Positions 17,283-27,244 of a stretch of DNA of 64,000 nucleotides are shown here, piece by piece. Source of the stretch: Vicinamibacteria bacterium (lineage in GTDB: Bacteria > Acidobacteriota > Vicinamibacteria > Fen-336); NCBI GenBank assembly GCA_035570235.1, contig DATMML010000037.1, positions 46,977 through 110,976 of the forward strand. The letters run 5' to 3'. Position 1 is the first letter of the stretch. Each line of letters starts with the position of its first letter. The notes under the pieces are model-generated. The model saw only the letters and a program-made list of their open reading frames with translations. It did not search any database and was not told the origin of the DNA. The position numbers and the translations under genes are program-made.

Positions 17283-18122
17283 GTGATCACCGACGCCCAC
17301 ATCCACGTCCAGCCCTGGTGGGAGATGAAGCCCGCCGTCCTCGAGGTCATTACCCGGGGCCGCCCCGACGTGGACGAGTTGCAGAAGATCATGAAGAGCC
17401 CGACCCACCTGCTGCGTCGCCTGGACGCGGACGGGATCGACCGCGCGGTGCTGGTCAACTACCCGAGCCCCGATCTCATGGGCTTCGGCCACAAGGTCAA
17501 CGAGTACGTGACGGAGTACTGCGCGGCCGCACCCGACCGGCTCCTCCCCATGGGGGGGGTGCATCCCCGCTTCGCGGAGGACGCGGCGGCCGAGGTGCGA
17601 CGCGCGGCCGGGCTGGGCGTGCGCGCCCTCAAGCTGCACCCGCCTCACATGGGGGTGGAGCCCAACGCGTACCTCCATGGGCTGGACGCCCTGCGCGCCA
17701 TCTATGAAGAGGCCCAGCGGCTGCGCCTGCCCGTGATGATCCACACCGGGACCTCGATCTTCCCGGGGGCGCGAAGCCGCGCCGGCGAGCCCATGGCGGT
17801 GGATGACGTGGCCGTGGACTTCCCCGAGCTCACGATCATCATCGCCCACGGCGGACGGCCCCTCTGGATGGAGCAGGCCTTCTTCCTGGTCCGGCGCTTT
17901 CCACGGGTCTACATGGACGTGTCCAGCATCCCGCCCCGCAACATCCTGCGCTACTTCCCGCGCCTGGCCGAGATCGCGGACAAAGTGCTCTACGGCAGCG
18001 ACTGGCCGGCCCCCGGGGTCCTGAGCATGGCCAAAAACCTGCGGGACTTCCAGGCCCTGGGCCTGTCCGCGGATGTGCAGGCGAAGATCCTGGAAGACAA
18101 CGCCCGCAAGCTGTTCCCCTGA
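17283..18122 (+). CDS. amidohydrolase-2 family metal-dependent TIM-barrel hydrolase
   Basis: GTG start giving VITDAHIHV (the classic amidohydrolase_2 N-terminus). Reading frame lies inside the long artefactual 15396..18122 ORF. Confidence 0.65.
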   Translation: MITDAHIHVQPWWEMKPAVLEVITRGRPDVDELQKIMKSPTHLLRRLDADGIDRAVLVNYPSPDLMGFGHKVNEYVTEYCAAAPDRLLPMGGVHPRFAEDAAAEVRRAAGLGVRALKLHPPHMGVEPNAYLHGLDALRAIYEEAQRLRLPVMIHTGTSIFPGARSRAGEPMAVDDVAVDFPELTIIIAHGGRPLWMEQAFFLVRRFPRVYMDVSSIPPRNILRYFPRLAEIADKVLYGSDWPAPGVLSMAKNLRDFQALGLSADVQAKILEDNARKLFP

Positions 18123-18132
18123 AGGCGACGTC

Positions 18133-19359
18133 TCAGTCGTTCTCTTCCAGGGTGAAGGCCAGCAGCAGCGTGCGTTGGGGGGAGCGCCGCCTTGGGCCCG
18201 GATCCCGCCGGCAGTTGTTGTCGTCGGAGAGGAGATAGACCCAGGTCTCCCCCTCCGTGCCCGGCCGGGCGTCGATCCCCTCGAAGTTGTAAAGAGAGAG
18301 CGGCTCGTCGAGGCGCGCGATCTCGCGGCCCTCGAGGTTGCCGGCTTCCAGGCTGGCCCGCTCGATCAGACGGATCCGGCCGGCCAGGGGCGGATAGCGA
18401 CGCTCCAGGACCAGGACGTCCCCCGAGGGGAGCAGGGCGGCGCCCGTCGGGCGCAAGGCGGCCGCGGACCGGGCGCGATCGTAGAAGAGGGGAAAAGAGG
18501 TCAAGGACCAGGAACGGTCGCCGCCCAGCCAGGCGGTGGCGCCCTCGTGCTCGGGCGAGGCCACTTCGCCGATGGCGAGCAGGCGCCCGTCGGCCAGGCC
18601 GGTCATGGCCTCGATGCCGAGGTTGGGCTCCAGACGCGAGAACCCCGGGGCCTCGGGTAAGGCGGTGGCGATGCCCCTGAGCGGAGGCTCGCCCGGGGGA
18701 TACCGCCAGAGCCGGTGCCGTCGCTCGAAGCTGACAATCAGGCTCCCGTCGGGCATCCGCGCCAGGCCCTCCGCATCCCCTTCATCGTGGGTCAGGGCAA
18801 GGTCCCCGGGAGCCCGCAACGGGCTCAGCTCGGGATCGCTCAGATCGGAAAGCCACCCCTCGCTCCCGTAGACGAGGGTGGCCTCGAACTCGTAGCCGCA
18901 ATCGGAGATGGCGAGAAGACGCTGCCCGTTCCGACTCACGCGCAGATCCGAGAGTCCGCCGAAGTGCGCGTCGGGCGAGCTCAGCCAGAGCCCCCCCCGG
19001 TAGCGGAGGCTCCCCAGCTCGGCTTGGGCCGGCTTCACGGGGTTCAAGGGAACGGGTCTGACGTCGAGGGCGATGCGGGAGGCGCGCTCGCGGGGAAGGA
19101 CCGCCACCAGACCGAGGACGACAACCGCCAGGACGATGAGGACGCGTCGAGCCCGGGCCCCATAAGCCCGGGGCGCGGGCCCGGGAGCGGGGGGTTCCTT
19201 CTCCGCCAATCCCCGCCCGGCTTCGGTCGCAGCGGCCGTGGTCACCGACACCCTAGACTTTGAAGAGAAAGCGCTTCCGGGCGGGCCTGACCCTTCGTGT
19301 GCTCGCCCAACCGCATCTCCGATTATCTCCCCCGGAAAGACGCCCCGTCTGCCGGTCAT
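18133..19359 (-). CDS. phytase-like (esterase-like activity of phytase family) membrane-anchored protein
   Basis: One TM segment, then a beta-propeller-like phytase-like region. True start may be an internal GTG near 19230. Confidence 0.55.
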   Translation of the reverse strand: MTGRRGVFPGEIIGDAVGRAHEGSGPPGSAFSSKSRVSVTTAAATEAGRGLAEKEPPAPGPAPRAYGARARRVLIVLAVVVLGLVAVLPRERASRIALDVRPVPLNPVKPAQAELGSLRYRGGLWLSSPDAHFGGLSDLRVSRNGQRLLAISDCGYEFEATLVYGSEGWLSDLSDPELSPLRAPGDLALTHDEGDAEGLARMPDGSLIVSFERRHRLWRYPPGEPPLRGIATALPEAPGFSRLEPNLGIEAMTGLADGRLLAIGEVASPEHEGATAWLGGDRSWSLTSFPLFYDRARSAAALRPTGAALLPSGDVLVLERRYPPLAGRIRLIERASLEAGNLEGREIARLDEPLSLYNFEGIDARPGTEGETWVYLLSDDNNCRRDPGPRRRSPQRTLLLAFTLEEND

Positions 19360-19644
19360 GAATCGGCCCGGGTCCGACCCCCCGGGCGCAGGGACCGTGG
19401 GGAGAACAAATGGCGAATGATGGGTCCCGGCCTTCGAAACGCGAGGACACTCTCGGCTTCGAAGGGCAGGCGCACCGTCTTCTTTGACCTTTGGGCGGGC
19501 GCGTCGGTTGGCTGGGTTTTCGCGCGGCGACGCCGGAAGGCCTCGTGGGCATCAGATCACAGGGGAGCGTGCGCCTCGCGGCTCCTTGCGCCGCGAGCGG
19601 TTTCTTCGACGAGCAGGAGGCCCGACCGGCCTCCCCTAGACCCC

Positions 19645-19866
19645 TCAGGTCCCCCCGTAGCCGATGGTGATCCCGCCATCTTCCAAGATCACGGGAACCT
19701 GGCGGACGCCCTTCGAATGGCCGAGCATCTCCTCCAGGTCCGGGGCCGACCGCTTAACATTGCGGTAATCGACCCGGTAGCCTCTGCCGGCGAAGGCCTC
19801 ACGGGCCTCGGCGGTGTAGGGTCAGTTGTCCTTGCCGTAGATCACGACCCGGCGGTCGGCGCTCAT
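19645..19866 (-). CDS. glutaredoxin-like thioredoxin-fold protein with in-frame TGA at the first active-site Cys codon (candidate selenoprotein, U-P-Y-T)
   Basis: Manual translation gives MSADRRVVIYGKDN-[TGA]-PYTAEAREAFAGRGYRVDYRNVKRSAPDLEEMLGHSKGVRQVPVILEDGGITIGYGGT*. This matches the Grx fold (VVIYxKxxCPYC...VPxIfi.G..iGG). Not in the ORF track because the TGA splits it. Confidence 0.5.
19787..19814 (-). other. SECIS-like stem-loop 8 nt 3' of the Grx-like UGA
   Basis: mRNA ccgCcgaggcc[cguga]ggccuUcgCcgg: GC-rich stem, one bulged U, apical loop containing GU. Loop G is about 20 nt after the UGA, as in the E. coli fdhF SECIS. Confidence 0.35.
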
Positions 19867-19922
19867 GCCCCAGTATACCGGCCTCGCGGTCGGGGGACAG
19901 GCTTGGGGTATTATCTGGCCCC

Positions 19923-20780
19923 GTGGTCATCGAGAGCGTGGCCGTGGTGGGCTCCGGCCTCATGGGTCGGGGGATAGCCTACGCCGCTGCCCTGGGCGGC
20001 TTCCCCACCGCCCTGCACGACGTTTCCCGGCCCGCCCTGGAACAGGCCCTGGCCCAGATCCGCCGCGACCTGGACGAAGGGCTCGCCCGGGGCAAGGTCT
20101 CCGCGGAGGAGGCCGCGGCCGCCATCGCCCGCATCTCCCCCGAGCAGGAGCTGGAGGGGGCGATCGCCACCGCCGGCTTCGTGGTGGAGGCGGTACCCGA
20201 GGAGATCGGCCTCAAGCTGCGCACGTTCGCGCGTCTGGACGCGCTCGCCGCCGAGCACGTGGTCCTGGCCACCAACACCTCCGCCCTCTCCATCACCGAG
20301 ATCGCGGCTGCCACCCGCCACCCCGGGCGTGTGATCGGCATGCATTTCTTCAACCCCGTCCCAAAAATGAAGCTGGTAGAGATCGTGCGGGCCCTGGAGA
20401 CCACGGAGGCCGCGGTCGCGGCCGCCACCGAGGTGGCCCGCCGGATGGGGAAAGAAACCGTGCTGGTCAAGGAGTCGCCGGGCTTCGTCACCTCGCGCAT
20501 CAACGCCTTGATCGGCAACGAAGCCTTCTTCATGCTCCAGGAGGGGGTGGCCTCGGCCCGGGACATCGACAAGGCCTTGAAGCTCGGCCTCAACCACCCC
20601 ATGGGGCCGTTCGAGCTCGTGGACCTCGTGGGCCTGGACACGCGCCTGGCCGTCCTCGAGTTTCTGCACCGAAGCCTGGGCGAGAAATACCGCCCCGCCC
20701 CCCTCCTCGTCCAGCATGTCAAGGGAGGCCGCCTGGGCAAGAAGGCCGGCCGGGGCGTCTACGATTACGACGGGAGCTAG
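19923..20780 (+). CDS. hbd: 3-hydroxybutyryl-CoA / 3-hydroxyacyl-CoA dehydrogenase
   Basis: N-terminal Rossmann motif VAVVGSGLMG. Full-length HBD family. Confidence 0.85.
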   Translation: MVIESVAVVGSGLMGRGIAYAAALGGFPTALHDVSRPALEQALAQIRRDLDEGLARGKVSAEEAAAAIARISPEQELEGAIATAGFVVEAVPEEIGLKLRTFARLDALAAEHVVLATNTSALSITEIAAATRHPGRVIGMHFFNPVPKMKLVEIVRALETTEAAVAAATEVARRMGKETVLVKESPGFVTSRINALIGNEAFFMLQEGVASARDIDKALKLGLNHPMGPFELVDLVGLDTRLAVLEFLHRSLGEKYRPAPLLVQHVKGGRLGKKAGRGVYDYDGS

Positions 20781-20787
20781 GCCGCCC

Positions 20788-21573
20788 ATGTCCTACCGCA
20801 ACCTCGTCTTGGCGCTGGACGGAGCGGAGGGGGCACGCGTGGCGACCCTCACCGTGAACCGCCCCGAGGTGCGCAACGCCCTCGACACGGAGACGGTGGC
20901 GGAGTTCCATGCTGCCCTGGAGGCGGTGCGGGCCGAGCGGGCCACCGTGCTCATCATCACCGGGGAGGGGGACAAGGCCTTCGTCTCGGGGGCGGACATC
21001 CGCGCGATCCGCGCGCGTCGGCGCGACGACGCCCTCGCCTCCGTGAACTCCCGGCTCATGTCCGCGGTTGAGAACCATGACGCGATCTCGATCGCGGCCG
21101 TGAACGGCTACGCGCTGGGGGGCGGCTGCGAGCTGGCCCTGGCCTGCGACCTGCGCCTGGCCGCCGACACCGCGGTCTTCGGCCTGCCCGAGGCCAGCCT
21201 CGGCATCATCCCGGGGGCGGGCGGCACCCAGCGCCTGCCCCGCGTGGTCGGCTTGGGCCGGGCCAAGGAGTTGATCCTGACCGGGGCCCGCTGGGACGCG
21301 CGGCAGGCGCTGGCCTACGGGCTGGTCAGCCAGGTGGTGGCCCCGTCGGCCCTCATGGCGGCGGCGCGGGCGATGGCGGAGCGGGTGCTCCTTCTGGGTC
21401 CCCTGGCCCTCCGCCTGGCCAAGGCCGCCCTCAACGCCTCCAGCCAGGTGCCGCTCTCCGCCGGCCTGCTCTATGAGTCCACAGCCCAGGCCATCACCTT
21501 CGAGTCAAAGGACAAGATGGAAGGAACGGGGGCGTTTCTGGAGAAGCGGAAGCCTCGTTTCACGGGCGAATAG
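20788..21573 (+). CDS. enoyl-CoA hydratase/isomerase (crotonase)
   Basis: Crotonase fold ([18 protein letters not shown]). Directly downstream of hbd. Confidence 0.85.
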   Translation: MSYRNLVLALDGAEGARVATLTVNRPEVRNALDTETVAEFHAALEAVRAERATVLIITGEGDKAFVSGADIRAIRARRRDDALASVNSRLMSAVENHDAISIAAVNGYALGGGCELALACDLRLAADTAVFGLPEASLGIIPGAGGTQRLPRVVGLGRAKELILTGARWDARQALAYGLVSQVVAPSALMAAARAMAERVLLLGPLALRLAKAALNASSQVPLSAGLLYESTAQAITFESKDKMEGTGAFLEKRKPRFTGE

Positions 21574-21582
21574 GAGACTCCT

Positions 21583-21795
21583 ATGCGGAATTTCGGCGGG
21601 ATTCTGATGATCCTTGGCATCCTGGGCTTCTTCTACAGCGCTTCCCAGCTGTCCAAGTACGACCCCGTGCCCGATGGCCTCAGCATCGGCGACACCATGA
21701 AGCTACCCGCCGGCCGGTGGGACATGGGCCGCTACGTTTGTGCGGCTGCGGGCGGCTTCGGCCTCCTCATGGCGCTCTACCCCAAGGGGCGATAA
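21583..21795 (+). CDS. small membrane protein (70 aa)
   Basis: Strong RBS aggagacuccuAUG. Two hydrophobic segments. Confidence 0.5.
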   Translation: MRNFGGILMILGILGFFYSASQLSKYDPVPDGLSIGDTMKLPAGRWDMGRYVCAAAGGFGLLMALYPKGR

Positions 21796-21798
21796 GGC

Positions 21799-22380
21799 GT
21801 GCGTCGGGTCTGCGTCTTTTGCGGCTCGAGTCCGGGCCGGGACCCGAGGTACGTCGCGGCCGCCCGGGAGCTGGCCGGGGCCCTGGCCGCCCGCGGACAG
21901 GGGCTCGTTTTTGGGGGCGGGAGCGTGGGCCTCATGGGCGTGCTCGCCGACGCCCTGCTCGCGGCGGGAGGCGAGGCCTTGGGCGTGATCCCCCACGGCC
22001 TGGTCGCCCGCGAGATCGCGCACCCGAGCCTCACCGAGATGCGGGTGGTTCCCAGCATGCATGCGCGCAAGGCCCTCATGGCGGAGCTGGCCGATGCCTT
22101 CGTGGCCCTGCCCGGCGGCTTCGGCACCTTCGAGGAGCTCCTGGAGATGGTGACCTGGGCGCAGCTCGGCATCCACCGCAAGCCCATTGGCCTGCTCAAC
22201 GTGGCCGGCTACTACGATTCCCTGATCGCGCTCGTGGACCACGCCGTGCGCGAGGGCTTCGTCTCCCCCACCAACCGCGGCCTCATCCTCGTGGACAGCG
22301 AGCCCGGTCCCCTCCTGGAGCGGCTCGCCGCCCACCGGGGCCCGGCGGGACCGGAGTGGGTCATGCCCGACGAGGCCTGA
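21799..22380 (+). CDS. LOG-family cytokinin riboside 5'-monophosphate phosphoribohydrolase-like (TIGR00730)
   Basis: PGGFGTFEEL motif plus VCVFCGS N-terminus. Confidence 0.8.
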   Translation: MRRVCVFCGSSPGRDPRYVAAARELAGALAARGQGLVFGGGSVGLMGVLADALLAAGGEALGVIPHGLVAREIAHPSLTEMRVVPSMHARKALMAELADAFVALPGGFGTFEELLEMVTWAQLGIHRKPIGLLNVAGYYDSLIALVDHAVREGFVSPTNRGLILVDSEPGPLLERLAAHRGPAGPEWVMPDEA

Positions 22381-22385
22381 GCGGC

Positions 22386-23480
22386 TCAGAATCCGAGGTG
22401 GCGCGCCAGGTCCGGGTTCTCGGGACGGACCCGCCAGATCCAGGCGTCGAGCGCGTAGTGCGTGGCCTGGGGTAGGGCCAGAAGGGGCACCAGCAGGGCC
22501 AGGGCGGCCGGCCCCAAGAGAATGGCGGGGCCGGGGAAGAGCGCCGCGCGCTCGTGCCAGACGAAGCGATCCCACGCCCATTCTTCGAACCAAGCCGCGG
22601 CCAGGAGGGGGGCGAGGTAGAGGGGCCAGGCCCCCGCCCGGAAGAGCGGGGCCACCGCCGCTCCCGAGCCCGCAAAGCGCGCCCGCCCGTAGATCCAGAC
22701 CAGGCCCAGATAGGGCAGGCCATGGACGAGCACGTTGGTCACGGTGAAAGCGTAGTCCGAGTTCAGGGCCACGATCCCCACGTACCACGACAGCCAGGTC
22801 GTGACCACGATGAGGTTCTTGCCCGCGCTCACGGGCCGGCCGCTGAGGAGGAGCTGGGCCTGGCGCAGGACGTAGGCGGCGGTGATGGCCAGGTGGAGGG
22901 GCCACAGGAGCTCCGCCGACCCCTTGGGCAGCCCGGGGAGGAAGTCTCCCTCGATGAACCACTCGAACTCTCGGGGCAGGTGGGCGTGCCAGTAAAGAAG
23001 CGGGTAGAGGGTGGCGCTGTATATGGCCGCGTCGTCAAGCACGCGGTCGAGGCGGGAGCGCACGCCCAGGCGACGGCGGTAGAGGGCGACCCAGCCGTAC
23101 TGCTGGCGCACAAAATGGACGACGGCCAGGTAGGCGAGCACCCGCCAGAACAGCGTGGCCGAGCCCGAGTAGAGCAAGACGCCGATCCCGTAGGCAGCCA
23201 CGGGGAGGCCGAGATAGAGACCCGGCCGCCGCCGCACCTCCGCGGGGTCCAGGTAGACCCGATAGGCGGTGGCCCAGACGTGGGCCACGTCGACGAAGAG
23301 GACCGTCGCCACCCACGTCCAGAGCGGCAGCGCCCCCGCCAGGCGCCCGTGTGCTTTCCCCCAAAGCAGGAGGGCGAAGGCGAGGAGGGCCGAGCCACCG
23401 AAGACGGCCACGTCCCAGCGCGCGGAGACGAGCCAGGGGCCGGGGGCGGGGCGCGGAGCCACGCTCGTGGTCACGCCGCC
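22386..23480 (-). CDS. polytopic integral membrane protein, unknown function
   Basis: About 10 hydrophobic helices. The N-terminal ~100 codons of the raw ORF overlap the upstream gene, so a start near 23480 is more likely. Confidence 0.5.
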   Translation of the reverse strand, partial: GGVTTSVAPRPAPGPWLVSARWDVAVFGGSALLAFALLLWGKAHGRLAGALPLWTWVATVLFVDVAHVWATAYRVYLDPAEVRRRPGLYLGLPVAAYGIGVLLYSGSATLFWRVLAYLAVVHFVRQQYGWVALYRRRLGVRSRLDRVLDDAAIYSATLYPLLYWHAHLPREFEWFIEGDFLPGLPKGSAELLWPLHLAITAAYVLRQAQLLLSGRPVSAGKNLIVVTTWLSWYVGIVALNSDYAFTVTNVLVHGLPYLGLVWIYGRARFAGSGAAVAPLFRAGAWPLYLAPLLAAAWFEEWAWDRFVWHERAALFPGPAILLGPAALALLVPLLALPQATHYALDAWIWRVRPENPDLARHLGF

Positions 23481-25102
23481 CAGCTCGGGAGGGTGTGCCC
23501 CCGCTCCTTGAGGATTCCCTCCGCGGCCCGGATCCCCCAATACTGCGCCTCCTCGAAGAGGGCCATTCCGGAGAGGTCGGTGTGGGCGAAGCGGACGCGG
23601 CCCAGCGGGCGCCCGGAGGCGGCGAGGGCCTCGCTCCAGCAGAAGCCGGGCCGCGGCCGCACCATGGCGTGGCCCCAGAGATAGACGTCGATCCGCTCCA
23701 CGAGGTCGCGCAGGTCGGGGTGGGCGGGCCGGAGATCGTCCAGGATCACGGTCACCCACTCTTTCCAGGCGGTGGAGAGCAGCCGTGCGCGGGCCCGACG
23801 CGTGTCGTCGTCGACCAGAGGCAGGTAGTAGGTGAGGACGGTTGGCCCATGGTCGCGACCGGATTGGTGGGTCGCCACCACGTAACCGAGGGAGGGGCTG
23901 TCAAAGAGGACATTGTCCCAGGCCAGGGGAAAGCCGCGGGAAAGGGGGCGGTCGCGGAGGGTAAGGTTGGCCACCATCCAGGAGCCGTAGACGGTCTCCT
24001 TAAGATGAGCGGGCGGCGACGCACGGTAAGGCGTAAGGAGGGGAGCGGCCAGGAACCGGGGCAGGGCGAAGACGACCTGATCCGCGCCCAGCGCCACCGC
24101 GCGACCCTCCGCCTCGTCGTAGTACGTCACCCGGACGCCGTCCGGGCCGGGATCGACCTCCGTCACGGTGGCCCCCAGCCGCAGGCGCTTCCCCACCCCT
24201 CTGGCCAGATGGCTCACCAGCCGGCCGTTGCCCTCGGGCCAGGTCAGGAACTCCGCCGGCTCCTCCTCCCCCTTCTCGTTCAGGAGGCGGGCCGCAAAGT
24301 AGTGAATGCCGGCCCAGGCCGAGGTCTGGCCGAGGTGGGCCCCGAAGTCGTCGCGGCAGCCGTATTCCACGAACCAACGCAGGGCGGGCGAGGTAAAGCC
24401 CCGCTGGGCGAGGTACTCGGCCATGGAGAGGCGGTCGAGGGCGCGCACCTCCCCCGCATCCGAGCCGCGGGCCCGGGGCAGAGCGAAGGCGCGGCGCCCC
24501 GCGGCGTCGCGCCAGCGGGACCACCGCCGCATGTCCTCCTCGAAGGCTTTGAGCTGGGCGAGGTCGTCCGCGCGGGCGGTCGCCCGCGGAAAGAGCCCCT
24601 CGTGCCATTGGCCGCGGAGGAAGAGCCGCTCCTGCGGCTCCCGGCAGAGGACCTCCTCGGCGTAGACCGGCCGTCCCCGGGCATCCCGGCCCCTCACCGC
24701 GCCCACCTCCTCCAGGAGCGCGACCAGCGCGTGGTTGTCGGGGGAAGGGACGGGCACGTAGTGAGCGCCCCAAGGGTAAGCCGTGACCGGTCCGGCGCCC
24801 GCGCGGGCGGTGCCCCCCGGCGCATCCTCCAGCTCCAGCATAAGAAAGTCGTGAAAGCCCGCCCGGTCCAGGGCCCAGGCCGCGGACAGACCGGCTACCC
24901 CCGCCCCCAGGATCGCGACCGCCACCTCCTCGCGCCGCGAGGCCGGCGGCCGGAAGCCATCCCGGATCCGGTGGCCACGACGGTGGGAGCCGCCCACGAT
25001 CGCGCCTTCGATTCTGGCCCCGCTCCCCCCGCGCCCTGTCCCGCAGGCGGCCAAGCCGAGACCGGCCAGGCCCCGGAGCACGTCCCGACGGGACAGGCCC
25101 AC
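23471..25102 (-). CDS. Tat-exported FAD-dependent oxidoreductase (amine-oxidase-like)
   Basis: Twin-arginine signal SRRDVLRGLAGLGLAA. GAGVAGLSAA dinucleotide-binding motif. Confidence 0.7.
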   Translation of the reverse strand: MGLSRRDVLRGLAGLGLAACGTGRGGSGARIEGAIVGGSHRRGHRIRDGFRPPASRREEVAVAILGAGVAGLSAAWALDRAGFHDFLMLELEDAPGGTARAGAGPVTAYPWGAHYVPVPSPDNHALVALLEEVGAVRGRDARGRPVYAEEVLCREPQERLFLRGQWHEGLFPRATARADDLAQLKAFEEDMRRWSRWRDAAGRRAFALPRARGSDAGEVRALDRLSMAEYLAQRGFTSPALRWFVEYGCRDDFGAHLGQTSAWAGIHYFAARLLNEKGEEEPAEFLTWPEGNGRLVSHLARGVGKRLRLGATVTEVDPGPDGVRVTYYDEAEGRAVALGADQVVFALPRFLAAPLLTPYRASPPAHLKETVYGSWMVANLTLRDRPLSRGFPLAWDNVLFDSPSLGYVVATHQSGRDHGPTVLTYYLPLVDDDTRRARARLLSTAWKEWVTVILDDLRPAHPDLRDLVERIDVYLWGHAMVRPRPGFCWSEALAASGRPLGRVRFAHTDLSGMALFEEAQYWGIRAAEGILKERGHTLPSWAA

Positions 25103-25103
25103 C

Positions 25104-27230
25104 TCAGCGCGCGCTGGAAGGACCGCCGATGCCGAGCGATTCGAGGAGCGGTTGGTTGGAGCGCTCGCGGCCCAGGAAGGTCCTGACCAGGTCCTCCGCG
25201 TCGCGGGAGCCGCCCGCGGCGTAGACGTCGTTCCGCAGGCGCATCCCCACCTCCTCGCTCAGGAATCCGTCTTTGGATTTCTCGAAGGCGGTGGCCATGT
25301 CCTCCGCGATGGCCTTGGACCAGAGATAGCCGTAATAGCCCGCGTCATAGCCGACCAGGTGGCCCCAGTAGGCGCCGAAGTGGCTGCCCTCGGGGGGGGC
25401 CAAGAACACATCCGCGAACGTCTGGTTGAGGATGGCCTGGGGGTCCTTGGGCTGGCCGGCCACGGGGGCCGCGTGCAGGCGCAGGTCGCCGAGGCCGAGG
25501 GCGAGCTGGCGGCAATAGTCGGTGCCGCTGGTGGCGAGCCGGGCCTCCTTCAGCCTCTTGATGACGGCGGCGTCGATCTTGCGGCTGGGGTCCCGGTAGT
25601 CGGCGGCAAAGCGGTCGAGGATCGCGGGGGCCCAGGTCCAGGCCTCCAGCATTTGGGAGGGGGCCTCCACGAAGTCGCGGGGGACATTGGTGCCCGCGAA
25701 CTGGCCATACTTGGCCCGGGTGAGGATGGAATGCATGGCGTGGCCGAATTCGTGGAAGAGGGTCTCCACCTCCGCGTGGGTGAGGAGGGAGGGACGGTCT
25801 TTCCCGGGGGCGGTGAAGTTGCAGATGAGGGCCACCACCGGCCGTTGGTAGAGGCCGTCCGCTCGGAGCTTGCCGTCGATGATCGGGAATTCCGCGAAGT
25901 GGTTGAACTTCCCGTCCCGGGGGAAGAGGTCGAGGTAAAAGGTGCCCAGGGGCTCCCCCGAGGCGGCGTCGGTGACGACCCAGAGGGTGACGTTCTCGAA
26001 CCAGGGGGCGGGGTTCTCGATCTGCTCGAATTTGAGCCCGAAGATCCGCTGGTACACCTCGAACATCCCCGTGAGGCAGCGCTCCATGGGGAAGAAGACG
26101 CGAAGGGCCTCCGCGTCCACGTTGTGCTCTTTCTTCTTGAGCTGGTTCTCGTAGTAGCGCCAATCCCAGCTCTTTATGGTGGCGTCCCGGCCGCCGGTGT
26201 CCGCCGCCTTCATGGCCGAGAAGCGGGCCAGCTCGGCCCGGAACTTGGGCTGCAGACCCCGGTTCAGGTCCTCCAGGAAGCCCTGGGCCCGGGCCCCCGT
26301 CTTGGCCATGCGGGGTTCGATCTGGTAGTCGTCCCAGCTCTTGTAGCCGAGCAGGGCGGCGATCTGGTCGCGCAGGCCGACGATCTGCGCGAGCAGGGGC
26401 CCGTTCTCCGCCTGGGCCAGGGTGGAGCGAGCCTCGTCGAACCGGCGGCGGGTGGCCTCCCGCCGCGCATTCTCCCCCACCATGATCGCGTGGGGAGTGA
26501 CGTTGGCGAGAAGGTCGTAGGTCCCTTCCTTGTTCTTCACCCCTTCGAGAAAGGTCTCGGGGACGCACTCCAGCTCCTCGCGGGTGAAGGTGACGACCTT
26601 CTTCGCGTTCGTGATGTTGACTTCGAAGTCGTTGGAGAGGCGGGCGAGCTGCTTCTGCAGGGCCTCCACCCGGTCGCGCGTAGCACGGTCGAGGTGCAGC
26701 CCCGCCCGGCGGTAGTCCCTCATCGTGTCCTCGAAGAGCTTCAGGTCTTCCCCCGCGAGGGGAGGCCGCTTTTTGGATCGATAGGCTTCTTCGAAGGCCC
26801 GGCAGGCCTTGTAGACGTCCTCGCGGTAGACGACACCCACCGACCACTCCTGCAGGGCCACCAGCTGCTGCCCGGCCGCCTCCCGCAGAGACTTGTCCGT
26901 CCGCGTCTCCTTCATGAGGAGGAGCCGCTCGGCGGCGAGAGAGACGGGGTAGCCGATGGCGTCGAGGGCGGCGATGGTGCTCTCGAAGGTGACCCGGGCC
27001 GGATCCTGAGCGGCCAGGGTGGACAGGTGTCGATCCGCCTCCGCCATCGCTCCCTTGGCGCTTGCCTCCACCTCGGCCGGGGTCTGCTCGAACCGCGGCA
27101 GCTCGAGCGCGGCCCGGGCCCGCGCGGCGGCGGCCTGGAAGTCGGCCAGGGTGCGGAGCTTCCGCGGCTCTGCGCCCGCGATACGCGACACGGCGACGAC
27201 CACGAACAGGGCGATGAGTACGGCACGCAT
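25104..27230 (-). CDS. M3-family zinc metallopeptidase (peptidyl-dipeptidase Dcp/oligopeptidase A-like), secreted
   Basis: HEFGHAMH zinc motif. Signal peptide MRAVLIALFVVVAV. ATG at ~27230 with RBS aaggag. Confidence 0.8.
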   Translation of the reverse strand: MRAVLIALFVVVAVSRIAGAEPRKLRTLADFQAAAARARAALELPRFEQTPAEVEASAKGAMAEADRHLSTLAAQDPARVTFESTIAALDAIGYPVSLAAERLLLMKETRTDKSLREAAGQQLVALQEWSVGVVYREDVYKACRAFEEAYRSKKRPPLAGEDLKLFEDTMRDYRRAGLHLDRATRDRVEALQKQLARLSNDFEVNITNAKKVVTFTREELECVPETFLEGVKNKEGTYDLLANVTPHAIMVGENARREATRRRFDEARSTLAQAENGPLLAQIVGLRDQIAALLGYKSWDDYQIEPRMAKTGARAQGFLEDLNRGLQPKFRAELARFSAMKAADTGGRDATIKSWDWRYYENQLKKKEHNVDAEALRVFFPMERCLTGMFEVYQRIFGLKFEQIENPAPWFENVTLWVVTDAASGEPLGTFYLDLFPRDGKFNHFAEFPIIDGKLRADGLYQRPVVALICNFTAPGKDRPSLLTHAEVETLFHEFGHAMHSILTRAKYGQFAGTNVPRDFVEAPSQMLEAWTWAPAILDRFAADYRDPSRKIDAAVIKRLKEARLATSGTDYCRQLALGLGDLRLHAAPVAGQPKDPQAILNQTFADVFLAPPEGSHFGAYWGHLVGYDAGYYGYLWSKAIAEDMATAFEKSKDGFLSEEVGMRLRNDVYAAGGSRDAEDLVRTFLGRERSNQPLLESLGIGGPSSAR

Positions 27231-27244
27231 GGAGTGTTCTCCTT

